54,669 bases of DNA from Catajapyx aquilonaris (Eukaryota). Location: positions 1-54,669 of the forward strand of contig JYFJ02002568.1 in NCBI GenBank assembly GCA_000934665.2, in the 5' to 3' direction. The notes beneath the pieces are model-generated. The model was not told the DNA's origin and did not search any database. It was given only the letters and a program-made list of their open reading frames with translations. Shown piece by piece: positions 13,280-27,668 of the stretch (position 1 is its first letter; the number at the start of each line of letters is the position of its first letter). A program made the position numbers and the translations under genes.

Positions 13280-13538
13280 CTCATTGCGCAGGCGCAGAGC
13301 GGGGCCAATAGGAAGCGCCTCTCTAACAATATACGGCGGACCAATCAGAAGCCTTGGTCATAGAACGAAGGCTTTTAATATTATAGAATATAGACGATGA
13401 TGCTTCCCCGTCGACCTCCAGCAAACGACTGAGGAGTTCCTCCACTCATTGCGCCTGCGCGGGACGTGAACCAATGGGAAGCGGCGCGGTAACAGTATGC
13501 GTCCCAATCAGAGGACTCGGTAGTGCAACGATAATAGA
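13280..13538 (-). repeat. Two diverged direct-repeat modules resembling Helitron 5' ends
   Basis: ctcattgcgc..ccaat.ggaagcg..taaca.tat.cg..ccaatcaga occurs at about 13280-13394 and about 13444-13538. On the minus strand each begins TCTAT (second copy A|TC). The Helitron assignment is inference. Confidence 0.4.
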
Positions 13539-16500
13539 TTATGGCGTAAAATTGGACAAAAATAATTGTAAAAATTCCAGTTTTTTTTTCACTAGAAATA
13601 ATTGACAGTGTTCCTAAGCTCACGGGATGTTCCATAGGGAACAGTTTGGGCCAAAATACACCGGGATTTGGTGAGTCATCAGCCGGTGTGCGAATTCCCC
13701 GGTGTGGCAACGAGCGGTCTGAAGATCTAGGCATGCGATGTTGGTAGGTGTTGAAGGAGTTGTGGCTTAGGAGGTAAACAAGGCCAGGTTTCCCGGAAAA
13801 TTACACAAGTGGGACGGAAACTTGCGGAATTTCGAGCCTTTCAGCCAAGCTTTCAGCGCTGTACATTTTGGCATGAGGGGAAAGGAGAGGGGGGCTAAAA
13901 CCGTGCAAGAGAATATACGGTACTCGAGAAAATGCTATCAAATTTTGGTAGAAAAGTTTGTGAACAAATTCTGATAATTTTTAGGAGAAAAAAAATACTT
14001 GTAGTTGCTTTTTGAGTGGATATTTTCACCATGGTAACATCTATACAAGATTGTTCATCGGCATTCCCCCTATTCACTTCTTTGTTCAACATGTTATTGA
14101 ACTGCGGTTCACACGCTACAGGAGCAGCGCACCTGCATTTCACGTATTGATTTAAGATTCAAGAAACGTCTGATTACCGTTCAGTTTTCAAGTCTTACGT
14201 GTGCAATCAAGTTATGTTTGATTTAGATTAAAATCGGACGTATGGATTTTTTCATTCTGCAAACACGCGAAACACCAAGTTGAATTACATGCATCTAACA
14301 TTTCGATCGCTATAAAATGGAGAAGTGAATAGCACCTTTCATGTGGAAAATCCCTGCTGTTGGAATCCGATTGATAAGAAAACCTAGCGTGGAGGAAACC
14401 GAATTATTGCAACATCGCAGGAAAGACAAACACGAAGAGGAAAATATGGCAGAAATGTTGTTTGTTCACATCGGCACACGTATAACGCATAATTACTGTG
14501 CACAACATAATAATGAGACGCGATGGTGTGGCACATCAACTTATTTCCTTTCCCCCAGATCAAAAACCCTTTCAGGCAAAATTGCATTTCGTGTGCTGGG
14601 TTTATCGACTTTAATGCCCATAGTTCTCCGACCTTGAGGATTTTCACTGTGCTCATAAATTAAAATCGACTGACTTCTTCTAAGGCCCGGCCTTTTCACT
14701 CAAAAACACTATTAGGGCTTCAAAGACGGGGAGGTTTTATAGTGCAGGTGATAACGGTGTTCCAAGAAATGCTAGGTTATACTGTAGTTAAAATTGACCC
14801 TTCACATTGAAAATTCTTAGTTAATTTACTGTGGAGGTTATTAGTTAATTAGGAAGCCGCAACAATGTCTGGATCTAAAAATATGAAACGATTAATTAGT
14901 CCCACACTGAATATTTCACATGTTTAAAAATATCCACCAACCTTTATAATTATATGCACGACAGAATTATTATTTTCTAGTTCGGTAGTAAGAAGTGGGC
15001 ATAATTTTATGCATTTTAAATTTTTAGTGCCTGTTGCTTTCAGGCGCTTTCAGGCTGTTGTAGTGAGCCAACTGAGGGCCTCAATTGCTCCAGAAAACAA
15101 TAGCCAAGAGCAAATTAAGTGGAATGAAGCTGCCAGAAAGGAAACAATGGCGGTCCTCCACTCAAGGAAATTAGGCTTGAAACGGCGAGAACGGCAAAGA
15201 AAGGAAAAAAAAATCTCGACTACAAACTGGAGGTAACACCCACCATCCCGGGTGTATATGGCCAGAAAGCGTAACTGCATCACTCTTGGTCCAGCGCTCT
15301 TACAAAAAGGACCCAGCAAACCATCCACTCGCATATCTCCCACAATTTCCACCTCATAAACCATAACTCTGGAGGACCTTCGGAACAAGATCCAGTCTCA
15401 CAGTGTCCATAGAACTAGGCAAAAAAAACTACCCACATCTGAACTTACTCCCAACTTTCAAGTGCGAGTAATTTTAGCTCGCATCCCGGTAAATCACAGC
15501 TGCTGGCTTCAGAAATTTTTGCCTTGGAAGCAGGCCATTCCACCTGACTATTAATCCCTAGCGGGTTTTTCGCCGCAAAATAGCACATTTGGCTCGACCT
15601 TATTGTGTCCTTTGGTCCCTGAACTAATATTGCAGTCTATAATAGTCTATATTTGAGAGAGAGGCAAGGCATCCATCCATCAACAAAAAGGGCCTTTCGT
15701 GCCATGTTTTGAGGCACGACAATGCGGCAACACTGTTTTTCAATCGGTTCTAAAATGGCTGCCCAATTGTGCTAAGCACGTGTAATGTTTTGCGGCAAAA
15801 AGGAAAATACGCAACCTGATACTCGTTGGGGAGATTCCACTGGTGGGGATGCTGGTTGGCTGCTGGTATGGGTTTTCGAGGATTTCAGATCGATCCAGGA
15901 TGTTGGGGGGAAACCGAGGTCAAGGTCGTTCACAGGGGACAATCTTCATCTGGTTGAGATACATCCGAAGGTAGTTTGCATGTATCGATCGTTAACTGTC
16001 CAGGTTTTAATAGCGTTCCAATTTGCGCTCACAAAACGGGTATGAGAAAATCCTTTTTTTTTGCACAAATTCATTCGTGCGATACTATTTGCGCAGAACG
16101 GCCTCGATGGGATATACACAGACAGCCTAAGTATTTAAAAAAAGGAAGTCATAAAGAATTGCACAAGATGTGGAAATCTCGCACGCCCTTGACTGCTGGT
16201 CAACAAACGTTTTTGTTGAGATAACACGAGAGACCTTCGAGAAGTCCCACCCGGTTGTATTTCCTGGCCCCTAAAAAACACGACTATCAAACCGCATCTA
16301 TTTGCACAAGTGAATCTGCGCAATGAACTTATCACTACAAGGATGTCTATTAATTTCGTCATATTCTTCAAACAAGTTTCTGCAACACTCGGCTTAACTA
16401 TTGCAGCTTGAATGGATGGCTTGATATCATCAGGTATTAAATTAATGCAGCAGTGAAACCCCCCTCAAGTGCCCTACATGTCTATAATCGCGATTCGTGT

Positions 16501-19500
16501 AAGCTGCCATAAAACTAGATTTCATGCATATGTAATAAATTATGCCGATATAACCCCCCGCAGTACAGTACACCTTCTGTGTATATCATCCTGAATAATT
16601 ACACGTGAGCCGCATTAGCGTGCAGCTGACGGGGGCTCACCAAACTGCCCAATTATGCTGTAACCACAAACCAAACTTTACAGCACTCAAGTTGCACCTG
16701 ATTTTAATAACATGTACTTTCTGCACTCATTAGAATTACAATGTGAGAGGGTTGCATCATGCAAGGATGAAATAAGTAGCTCAACTGAATTCTGGCACAC
16801 CCGGTACATCTTTTTTTTATATTGGATCCATAAGGTGTTAATTTCATTTAGTTTTTTTAAACACTTTCTTCGCCCGAGGTGGTCCGGAATTAGTTCACCT
16901 TTTACGCGTTGTAATTGAACGATGTTCGCTCAGTTGGCGTTTCATTGCCTGAAGGCAATAACGTAGTGCATTGTAACTAAAATAGCTGGATGACTCTGGG
17001 GTGTGTCAGTATAAGTCTTCGCTCGTTGTAATAATTAGATGGGCGCACTTACATAAGCATAACTATAGACTGTCTGATATATATGTCGTTAATTCAGGCT
17101 CAGAATGGAGTTAGATTTCCCGTAATTGTATCGAGTTGGGAGTTAACGCGGTGATGCATGACGCGGCTTAATTAGTAGTAATTACCGGCAAGATGAAAGG
17201 CTTGGCATGGATTACAATAACTTGCATCATAATAATGTCAACAGGTTTGATAAATTTCTGCTACAGTGTATAACTACTTGCTACTTTCAAAGTCTTGATA
17301 TTGCACAGGTTTTTTGGGGGGTAAAGTTGTCGGTATTATTCTCATCATAATTTACGACGTCGTTAGAACCTGAAGACAAATGATGTTACTTGTTAAAAAA
17401 ATTATGGAATCCAGGTTTCCATTGTTCTTAAGTAAACCGCTCCTATGACTAATATATTGTTATAGACCTTGATCTAAAAATTGCACTGATAATTCCACGG
17501 TACAAATACACATTTCGCCACTATTATTTCACCTGATGTCACACTGATGAACACACGCGCCCATTGATAACGAACTTTGTGTATAAATAGACCACAAGAG
17601 AACAATGAAACGTGAAACAGTCACTCCGAAAGTACTCTTACCAACAACATGATAGAATAATCACAATTAGGTAGCTGATGTGTAAAAAAAGTGGGATACA
17701 GGAGGAATATTAAGCAGTTTGTGTTGGCAACTAGTACAAGACACTTCCTAGCCTTTTTTTAAAGCTTGGAAATTACGTTGGCACTGTACAGTGCTGGGAT
17801 AATTTTCATGGTCATCTGCTGGTGCACCGCAACATTTTCGTGGTCAAAGAGCTACCGCCAGCTTTGTTCTACTTACAAACATTCTGGTATATTACAACCC
17901 GGCATTCTATAAATGTAACTACAGGTCTGGTGAAGGTTCTCACGTTACACTGTTGGCCATTGCAATAATGAACATAAATTCCATGACATTTATGCTAATT
18001 TCGTTTAGACTCTTGTAGTGCGAACATTTTAGAAACACCTTGTAGGTGTCAATAACCAATATGTGAGAGTGCAAACACACGACACGGAGCATGCCAATAT
18101 TTTTGCGATTCACCTGTCGATAACAACAGCTCCAACACGCACCGACACGTGCACAACTTCGATTTTCACATACTCTCCGGCGACGACAACACTGCCAAAA
18201 AACCCACCGAAAAGTGCCAAAAATGACTGGGAAAGTGTCCAAGAAAACCCTTTACCTTACCCCCAAACAGCAGAGTGTCACCTACTGTCCACTCGGCCAG
18301 CATATGTTTTTTCCCTCCAGACCTATCCCAGTGTAGGAAAAACAGAGAAGCTAACGTAGCAGACACACACTCACACACACCAGACGACCTTCTCGCGAAA
18401 ACTGCCTCCCGTTTGGCTCGGACTCACGTACTATATCTCACCCCCACCATGTCCTGATAGCACCAGTTGCGCAACCTAGAATACGTCATGCTACACTGCT
18501 GCTCGTTGCAATTGTCCATGCACTCTCGGTCATACGGATTAATAACTGAAAATACTCTTAGTGAAGGCCGGTTCCAACCAACAGGTTTCTCCAACTCGTC
18601 GTGTAAAATGGTGGATCCTAACGACCCAACGACGCCCGTGTGAACAACCTACGAAATGTAAATCAGGACTTGGTGTTACCGGTCGCTTATCTATATAAAA
18701 AACCTCATCCTTTTTGCTGGGGGTCTCGTGACTTCCTTTAGGTTCTTATGCACATTGTCATGCTTTATTCTATGAATCTTATGTGTCCGGTCTAAATATA
18801 AGTTTGGTACGCTGGACGTGACGCATTTCGGGAATTATTAATAATATGTGGGTATCAGGTTCTTTTGTGTGTAGTATGAATTTATACTGGAATAAACCTG
18901 TGCGGTTAATATTTATAGCCAATTCCGCAAAATGTGGGCAGCATATGCGTCAGGGGATGATGTGGCTAAAGTCTTCCAAAAATATTTAGTTTCATTGTTA
19001 AGGACTGTGCAGAATATATTATGGCATGTCCCCACAGAAAAATTTTAAAAAAATTATATGCTGAATAGGTAATTGAAACGTATGCTCTGGAATAATTTGG
19101 GTGAGAAACTCACACATGTTGTTTCATTCCCTTAGAAGCAAACTCAGAGTGCACTTTCCGCGCACGTGTCAGGTTTGGGAATAAATATTTAAAGGGATGA
19201 TTGATACTTTGGCGCAGTGTATATAGTTAGTAGATATCGATGTTTGCCCGCACTATTCCCAAGTCGATCTTCAGGCTAGTAGTCGACACTTTAAGCCAGG
19301 TGCACGGCCATTTCTAGACGTAAATAAATGAACATTCGTTGAGACTGTAAATCTAAGGTTTAATTTAACTTTTACTACTCGAGGCTTTGGCTTCCAAGAG
19401 TATCATCCTGGTGCACATCACGTAATTTTTTTATTACATAATAAGAGAACGATTGCAGGATAAAACGGAGGTGAAATTCATACCATGTGGCGTATAGTCT

Positions 19501-22406
19501 GAATCGATATTTTCTGAACGATTACTGCCCAGTTCCTCTCAGGATGATTAGTTCAAGTTCAAGGCTATATAGTTGTAGACCTAATTCTAACTGGACCACT
19601 GATTTAATAGATTTAATAGCTTTGTCCATGGCTGGTTAGGAAGGTCACCTTCACTTTCGCAAAATGTAATGAAAACCAGCACTTCACCAATTGGCATAAG
19701 AAAAAAATGGGGGAAATCCCAAAAGAGCTTTGGCTAGATCTTCGTGCAGAAACTACGCAAAAATTCCTGTTTCCAAAAAGTGGTCAACTTCCGGAGCACT
19801 TTGCGAGGTAGACGGGAAATACCCTTGGTTCAAGGCACGCCACATTAAACCGGAGTTTTCCCAACAGCATTTTTAACTGTGGCCAGGCCCTAATTTCGCA
19901 AAATCCTGGATTTGGCGACAAACAAACATCATCAGTACGGATCATATCCTCTAAGCCATTTACAGGCTATTATGCAATCGGGCCAAATGCACCCATCAGT
20001 CGGATCAACACTTGTCGTGTATTTGTCCCCGGTAATGGGACAGCAATTAGCCGTCATTATCGACAATGAGAAAAAAAATTTGCCAATATTTATCTATAGG
20101 TGTGTTTTATTATGTGGGTGAACGTCCTCGTGCCGCTTATTCTGCGGCAAGACCCCATTAATCTAATGCGAAATTTTCGGCTGACATGTGACACGCGATG
20201 ACCTAGACCTACGACCGGAATTCAGGACGAAGGTCAACCCATATTTTTTTCTGTAGAAAAACGGCTAATCGGGGTCACGGCTAGTTGCAACACCTCACCT
20301 CAACAAATTGCGGATATCCTTAATGGACATTAACACTGGACATCAGCATCCTTGAAGGCTGCTATTAGAAGGGCTCTTGATCACGTGCGAAATGGCTTTG
20401 ACGTGATGTGTCAAAACGCCCACATATAAAGGATAGAAAAACGTAGAATCAACATTTATCTAGATTGCGCAGGACAAACTCGGTTCAGAGGTATATTATT
20501 TATTTATAGGGTCAGATGGCAAGTAATTTTTGGTGAGCGTGGGCGGAATAAGAGGTGGAACTATTTTGAACTGGGCCAGACCTCTATATGGCGGATAGAA
20601 ATCCCAAGCTGGATGTCCGTCGGGCGGAAAAACGTGTCGTTAAAAATGTAAGCATAAGTCTAATTTTGGATGCCTTATATACATGGTGACGCACTTTAGT
20701 CGGATTTGGGCTCCTTGAGAATTCGGACTCATTGCGTGGATTTTGAATAATACAGAGGCATGTTATGTCACACACAATCATCCGAATGGGTCGCCTGACG
20801 CGTAGGATTTTACCTGTCATGTGACAAAAAATGCTATTATTAATAAAACCTATTAGATCCCATTTATTAATAATTTTAGACATTTTCCTATTTATTTTGA
20901 GACGGTACAATTTTTTTTAGAGAAATTGAGCGGAAAAGTGCAGCTTATTGCTAAAATGGCCTCCATTTCAGTGACCGACACCCCAAAAAAAATCGCATTA
21001 CTCATCTCTGTACGGGTTTGTAATGCGCCATGAGATGTAATGTTACGGCTTATGCGCCGCAATGTCCAACGAGGACAAAAGTTTCCAGATCGGGTCAATA
21101 TGGCCAGGACGTCATTATAGTCACTGCTGAAATGGATCTACTTTTGTTGGAAGGGGGCCAAACCGACCTTTTAAAAAAAAGACAGTGCACTTTTTGCAAT
21201 CTAGACAGGAACATATGAAACAGATTGACCCCGTGACATCCTAATTTTTCTTGCAAAATTTTTTTGTAAAAGGTTCTTGCAGAGTATGACATAAATGTAA
21301 CGGCGACAACAATGAAGCGCAGGGTATACCAAAGGACACCACACTTAATCAAATCTATTCTTCACGTAATGGGAGGCTCACCTTCGCTTTCATGAACTTT
21401 GGGAGAACCGTCGTCTGAAAGCTTACCTCGTGACCTTTTGGTCCTTGATGATGTAATGTGTCAGATGCGGCACCCAGCCGGCTTCAAAGTGATTGATATG
21501 ACGAGGTTAGGCACCTGAGACCGATTTTTACCGGGTTTGGATTCACCTCTGGTTCACCTTAAAACACCGTTTCTGCTGGATGTGTTCGAGAAAAAAATTC
21601 GGAGAAAAACCAGAGGCCAGTTGTATCATTGTTGCTACAGAAAGTTGTTGTATAACACCTGTCTAAAAGTGATAGTTGGAATCTTCACAAGAACTATTTC
21701 TCTCGTTTTCTGGAAACGTGACAAAGTCCTTCAAGTTTGGTGGGGGAGACAAGGAGATATACTGCATTCTAAAGGCCCTTTGAAGTGTGGTAACAACAGG
21801 TTCTTACAAGTTAATGCTGAAAGTATTTAACACAGGTGAAAACGTAATCGGTCCAACTTTGTGGCCCGCAGAATTTTTCTAAACGAATTTCAAAACTTGT
21901 CCGAAATTTCATGACAGATTAACACCGCACAAGAATTTTTCTCCTAAAAGTTGTGCCGCCAAACTTTGACAACCGAATTCCCAACACGTCTTCCTTCTCA
22001 GCCTCAAAAAAAACCTCGTGGCTCATATTATGGAATCAAAGTAGATTTTTCAAGGTATCCGGAAAATCGGGCTGTGAAATTGCTTTTCTATTTGAAACCC
22101 AGTTTCGGGTTTTGCACCGCGCGGACGTGACGATCCTGCCAAATGCCAAGACCCATTTCCTGATTGGATTCAGTAAACTGACCAATCACACCGGAATAAA
22201 AGGGCAGGCGAATCTGCTCCAGCAAACTCACAGTAGTCGGCTGGAGAAACTCCAGATCGATATAGGCAAGAGTGATAATGCGACATGTGAAAAAAAGAAG
22301 AAGAAAAAAGTCCGCAAGAGCAACAGATGCGACTCTCAGCTGTTGATAGAGAAAGTGACGTAAATTTTGACAAATTAATTTGATTGAAATTAGTAAAATT
22401 GAGGCA

Positions 22407-22504
22407 CAGCCAATAGGAATGAGCCAGACGAGTCTCTTAGCCAATCCCACTCTTCCATCGTGTGTGATTGGCTAAAGACTCGCCTGGCTCATTCCCATTG
22501 GCTG
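22407..22504. repeat. Near-perfect hairpin (arms of about 40 bp) containing four CCAAT boxes
   Basis: Arm 22407-22446 versus arm 22466-22504: two substitutions and one 1-nt indel. Confidence 0.85.
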
Positions 22505-22785
22505 ATACGTGTCTGTGACGTCATCATATTTAAACGGTGCGTCTAAAGTTTGATATCATCTCTGAATTCGCCCATTGTTATTTTTTTTGTAGCGCCGTGG
22601 AGCAAAATGGCGTTAAAATAGCCTTAATTTGCACAAACCTTATCGCGAAAACAGGTTGTAATAAGGCGCCCTGATGCCTCTCTTAGCACGGGACTGATTT
22701 TGATCAGAACCGAGGTCCACATCGTAAACGACAAGTCGGGCGCAAACAACTTCCCAGAACACCGGCAGCCTTCTGACCATTAAAC

Positions 22786-22819
22786 ATATATATATACACA
22801 CACACACACACGTGTGTGT
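22786..22819. repeat. (TA)n(CA)n microsatellite ending in a palindromic cacacgtgtgtg
   Basis: Direct reading. Confidence 0.85.
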
Positions 22820-25800
22820 ATGTCAGACAGCATTAGAAGGCGTCGCGTCGCGTGCCTTTTCATAAAGTTTGGCTCACGTGAGTTCACTTTTCATCATCAC
22901 CTGCGACCCTTTCTGCACGCGACTTCCTCCATTGCCAGTCAGCTGACCTTCAATGGAAGTGTGCCCAACCCACTGCCGTGACTGCCCATTCAGTAAAAAC
23001 CTAAAAACAATGTAATTTGCAACCTACATTTAGTTTAGTTTTTCAAACAAAAAAAAACCGTTTTTATTGGATGGACAGAATCACGCGAGTATTATTGCTC
23101 GGTTCATTTCTTAAATATTTTTTTCGCATTGAAACTATGGGAGGTAATCATGGTTTTGATATTTCGGGCGTGTCTAGGATTCGCAAAATGTTATCGCATT
23201 CGTTAGCAAGCCTGTTACAAAATTCAGCACCCCCGCTCATTATTTCATCAAGCCCTCGGATCGATCAGACTCCAGATTCGCGATGTAGTTCTACCTTATT
23301 GGCATACTCTGCAAAATTTATGCCGAAGGTCAATAATGCCAGTATTGCTCTTTAAAAAAATGTGCTATTAAAACAAACCCGCGATATATCTAAAATACTC
23401 TATAGGTATACCAGTATGTTATACTGTAGAAGATCAGAATATAATCTGATTTATTAACACTTAAGACAAAGCTCATATAGAATTAGTTTAAACTATGATA
23501 TTAAAAATAGTGTTAAAATATGAGTTAGGTAAATATTATTGAGAATTTGAACTACAGCCGTTTTCCTTGAAATGAACAGTAGACTAATAAATATAATGTG
23601 CTAAATTAGTACATTATATTTATTACTGTTCATTAAATGCATTAAATGCTATTTAAATGTAATCTCACTAGGAGAGATATTTTAAAGGCACTTTAAAAAC
23701 TAGTGAACTGTGACATACTGCTGCATGTGCACCTAGCTTGTACTGTATGGCCAAGGTCGTAATGCCCAACACTGTTCCCAGCGATTATTTAATCAGAATT
23801 CATTTCCTATTCTGCCAACGGTGCGCGTAACTGTCACCGGGGAGAGAGAATCCTGTCCAGGTCCTCCTTGACCCTTGACCTTTTTACTGTGGGACCGGGC
23901 CCAGAGACAAGCCCACCACCCCCATCCTCATCCAGCAAGGCAAGCGATGCGAGAAGAATACATTCCAGCAGCAGCGGGGGGGTTGCACATTAGAGTTACT
24001 TGATGAAGAGTGCCCCTTCAACCGCGCAATTAGCCCAATAAGCCGGGGACGTAATTGAGTACACTCTCCGGGAGATAATTTTGGACAGGACCCCCGAACA
24101 GTGTCTATGCTCGAGGGCAGTATATACGTGCCGCAGAACAGCGGTGCGGCAAATGGTATGTTATCTTTCATGACACTATCAGTACTGCAGATGCTCAAAG
24201 TACAGTATAACATCACAAGGACCGGTTGTAAGATATTCATAATAATAATTTAATTTTTTTTTCTTTCATTTTTGATTCATTTTTTCATTGTCAGCTTGAT
24301 AATTTATCAAGCGAAGGTGGTGACCGCTAATTAGCATTTCAACAGACATCATATGACATTATTTTAGAGCCAGTTCAAGTGGGCAGTAAAAAACGAGGTG
24401 AGGGCAAGTTGTGACAGGTCACGCAGGGTATAAGAAAAGTCAGGGGACCACTTGTTGCGCTTTTGCCCCGCAGATCGCATGTCCTTTATCGTGGAAGGTC
24501 CGGACGTGTCTAGTGGACGCCTGGACATGTTGACCAGGACAGGTCATGGAGATTCCCCGGGCTGAAGATATATTGACGACTCGCTTTTTAGGCGGGTGGG
24601 AGGCATCGATTCCGCCCACGTATACCCACTCATTCATATGTACACATTATCACAGACTAGATCGATTGGATATACAACCTCGACCTTGGCATAGAATCAC
24701 ACGAGATCATTTCATTCAGTGTAAACCGCGTGTGGACATTATGAAGGGCAAATTTATCCCAGGAATTTTCATGCCCAAAAGTGGCGTGGGACAGGTGGTT
24801 GGTATTGAAATCTATTCACGGTACACAAATGATAACGTGAGTACATACGACAGACTATTTTGGCTTTGCCAGGTAACCGTATCTGTATCAGACAATGGCC
24901 TTGTGTATTTTTATCCGCGTGCGATGCAGATTGCAATATTGACAGCCTTGTCTTCCTGAGAGGGTGTAGCACCCATTGTTATTTATGAAAGGTATACATC
25001 AAGCTGGATGGGGGGAAAAAAACTAGACGCAAAATAGACAACAGATCTATTTGGATAACTACACAAAAAAAGGTATCTGAAGAAGTTATCAGCAGCAAGC
25101 ATCAGTTACATTATTCATGGCCATGAATTAAGCATTAGCTGACATTAATTATTCGAGTACGTGACATAATACATTGGAGGTCAGCTTTGTACCTGCATGG
25201 AGCGGAAGCAACTTCTTCTAAAGCCCTCCAGAATAATTGAACCAAAGTACAGGGCTAGAATTCCGGCCATAAATGAATTAAACCTCTAGTTTCATGCGTC
25301 ATTTTCTGGATTGTAAAATTCTGCGCAAAAAAGTACAACTGAGCTAAATGCGATGGCAAATAGACCAAAATGTTCTACTCACTAGGTAAATGTCCGGAGT
25401 TAAAGGTAAACCTGTGTTGCAACAAGAGTTCACGGCCAGCGTGAAACATGTGGCATTAACGAGAATCTCTTTGATGTGTCAGCCACTACAACATGCGACA
25501 AGTGCAAATAATTGCACACTTGCGACCAGAACAAATATTGCGGCAAACAGCGGGCTTAATAACTTATCAATACTAGCACTTTGCATATAGCCACGTCAAG
25601 TGCCAAATGTTTGCTGGGCCTGTGGAGCATTCGTGTCTAATGACGTTAGGATAAGAACTGGCAGTAATATTAGTATGATCGAAAATGTCGTTGGTTAAAA
25701 TCACGCAATAAAACTTGCGAACAAAAAATTGCCAAACCAGATGGCGTTGTGATTTATGGTGTGAAATATGTTTTTTTTGCATATGCAAGCTCGCCTATTT

Positions 25801-27093
25801 GAAATTACATTTTCCGTTGTTAGTTTTGGACAGCTCGCGAAAACTGCTACAGTGCAAATAGTGCAATTTTGACAGAGCTTGGCGAGTGTGTGGGTTTTGC
25901 AAAATTGAAGCAGTAGCAATATTTTCCAACAGCATTATTTCGGAATATGGCGCCAATGCTTCGGATTCATCTCAACCTATATATACAGTCGACATTTATG
26001 GTTACGGTTAACCAAACCTATTGTTCTGATCATTCTCCACAGTCTTCATGAATATCAGGATAGTACAAAAAAATAGAGTACAGTGCCTTGAACCAGTGTG
26101 CGTCACTAGTTTCGTTCAATAACAGAAATTGTTTCAACTATCTCATAATATCAGCAATTTCTCTTTGGGACACGCATTATCTTGTATGCTAACATAACCG
26201 TACGGTTGGTTTTTGCCAGAGAATAAATATGTCTGCAGTATTTGCGAATTGACGTGGTCCTTGGCAAAATGAGTGGGTAGAGCATGCAGTACTCTTCACG
26301 GATAATTTGAGCCAGCGAGGCAACATCCGGAGACACCACTTGAAATGACGGCCAGTCAAGTCTCGTGACGACTGGAGACCACTATGCTTGACAAGTAGTA
26401 CATGTAACCCACTCAAGACCACAAAATCCTCTGGGTCTGTCCACACACAAGATGTGCATGAGCCAAAAATGTCAAGAAAAAAATACTGTACATCCGGATG
26501 TCATACAGTACATTATTACGTAGGCATAAGTACGGTATTAGTCTGTATGATAGTTGAACTTACTGTGAAATCAATGCAACCAGAAATATGTGGTTAACTC
26601 AACGTTGGTCAGTTGGTATAATAAGCAGGTTTCTCCGCCATCATTAGAACCGCTAATAACCGGCTAATTAGCGAGGATGAACGTGAAAAAAATTTGAGCG
26701 ATTTTAAGCCGGATATATAGGCTAATGTTACGATCGTTATGCATGGAAATACTGCAAGTTCGGAGATTAAAATACTTGCAGCTTATGGGAGAAATCATTA
26801 CATTGTAATGAGCGTGATAAGTCCTTGCCAATAATGGCCATCATTCTCAACCTGCAACAATGCAAAAAATAAACATACTGAATAGTTATCCTTGACCGAC
26901 AGGAAATTTTCAATACTGCAACTCCCAGGCTCTGCAGGTACTTTGCATCAACATGATGAATGGTACCACTTGCTGCGACACTATACAGATTGATAAATCT
27001 GCGGGCCCAACTCTGGATGTCAAAAGGTCGTCCGGACACAGGGTCGCACCGTACACACACCGGAGTGGATGTCGCATAATCATAATTAAGCCT

Positions 27094-27570
27094 ATGGGAA
27101 TTAAAATGTTGACAAATCACGACAAAACATTGTTAATCAGTTGTTCAACGCAAACATTGCAGTTGCTTCGAAGAATTTTCCGATATCACACGATCGGTTC
27201 TCTCCGTATTCGCGTGAATTTCTCGGGGTTTTACCGTTTTCCATTATTAAGCTCTTTATTGGAATTAAAAATTTTGACAAACCGCCACACTAAATTGTTC
27301 AACGAAAATCGCAAATATTGTAGATTTCCGTTAATTTGTTTTGAAGAATTTCCCAAAATCACATGATTGGTTCTCTCCGTATTCGCGTGGATTTCTCGGG
27401 GTTTTACCGTTTTCCCTTAATTAAGCTCTTTATGGGAATTAAAAATTTGACAAACCACACTCAATTGTTCAACGCAAATATTGTAATTATATTTCTATTA
27501 ATTTGCCTTGAAGTCACATGATTGGTTCTCTCCGTATTCGCGTAGATTTCTCGGAGTTTCCCCGTTTTCC
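27094..27570. repeat. Three-copy tandem repeat, unit about 155-175 bp
   Basis: Identical core ggttctctccgtattcgcgt at 27196, 27369 and 27524. The flanking parts (ggaattaaaa..ttgacaaa..ttgttcaacg) also recur. Confidence 0.9.
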
Positions 27571-27648
27571 GTTCTTGGCTTTGGTTGTCTGTGTTCAAGG
27601 TGATGTGGGCAAGGTCAATCTGCAACAGTGATCGGCTTACATACACTA

Positions 27649-27668
27649 CACACACACACACACACACA
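27649..27668. repeat. (CA)n microsatellite
   Basis: Direct reading. Confidence 0.9.

Noticed and set aside
20330..20400. Pipsqueak-HTH-like peptide WTSASLKAAIRRALDHVRNG
   Set aside because: Similarity is marginal, flanked by stops, and no downstream transposase motifs are visible.
21270..22504. Selenoprotein (two in-frame TGA plus a downstream hairpin)
   Set aside because: The hairpin lacks the SECIS AUGA/GA quartet with apical AA, and the peptide resembles no selenoprotein family I know.
27094..27570. CRISPR-like array (identical 20-bp cores with spacers)
   Set aside because: The intervening sequences are homologous to each other and too long, the context is eukaryotic, and there are no cas genes.
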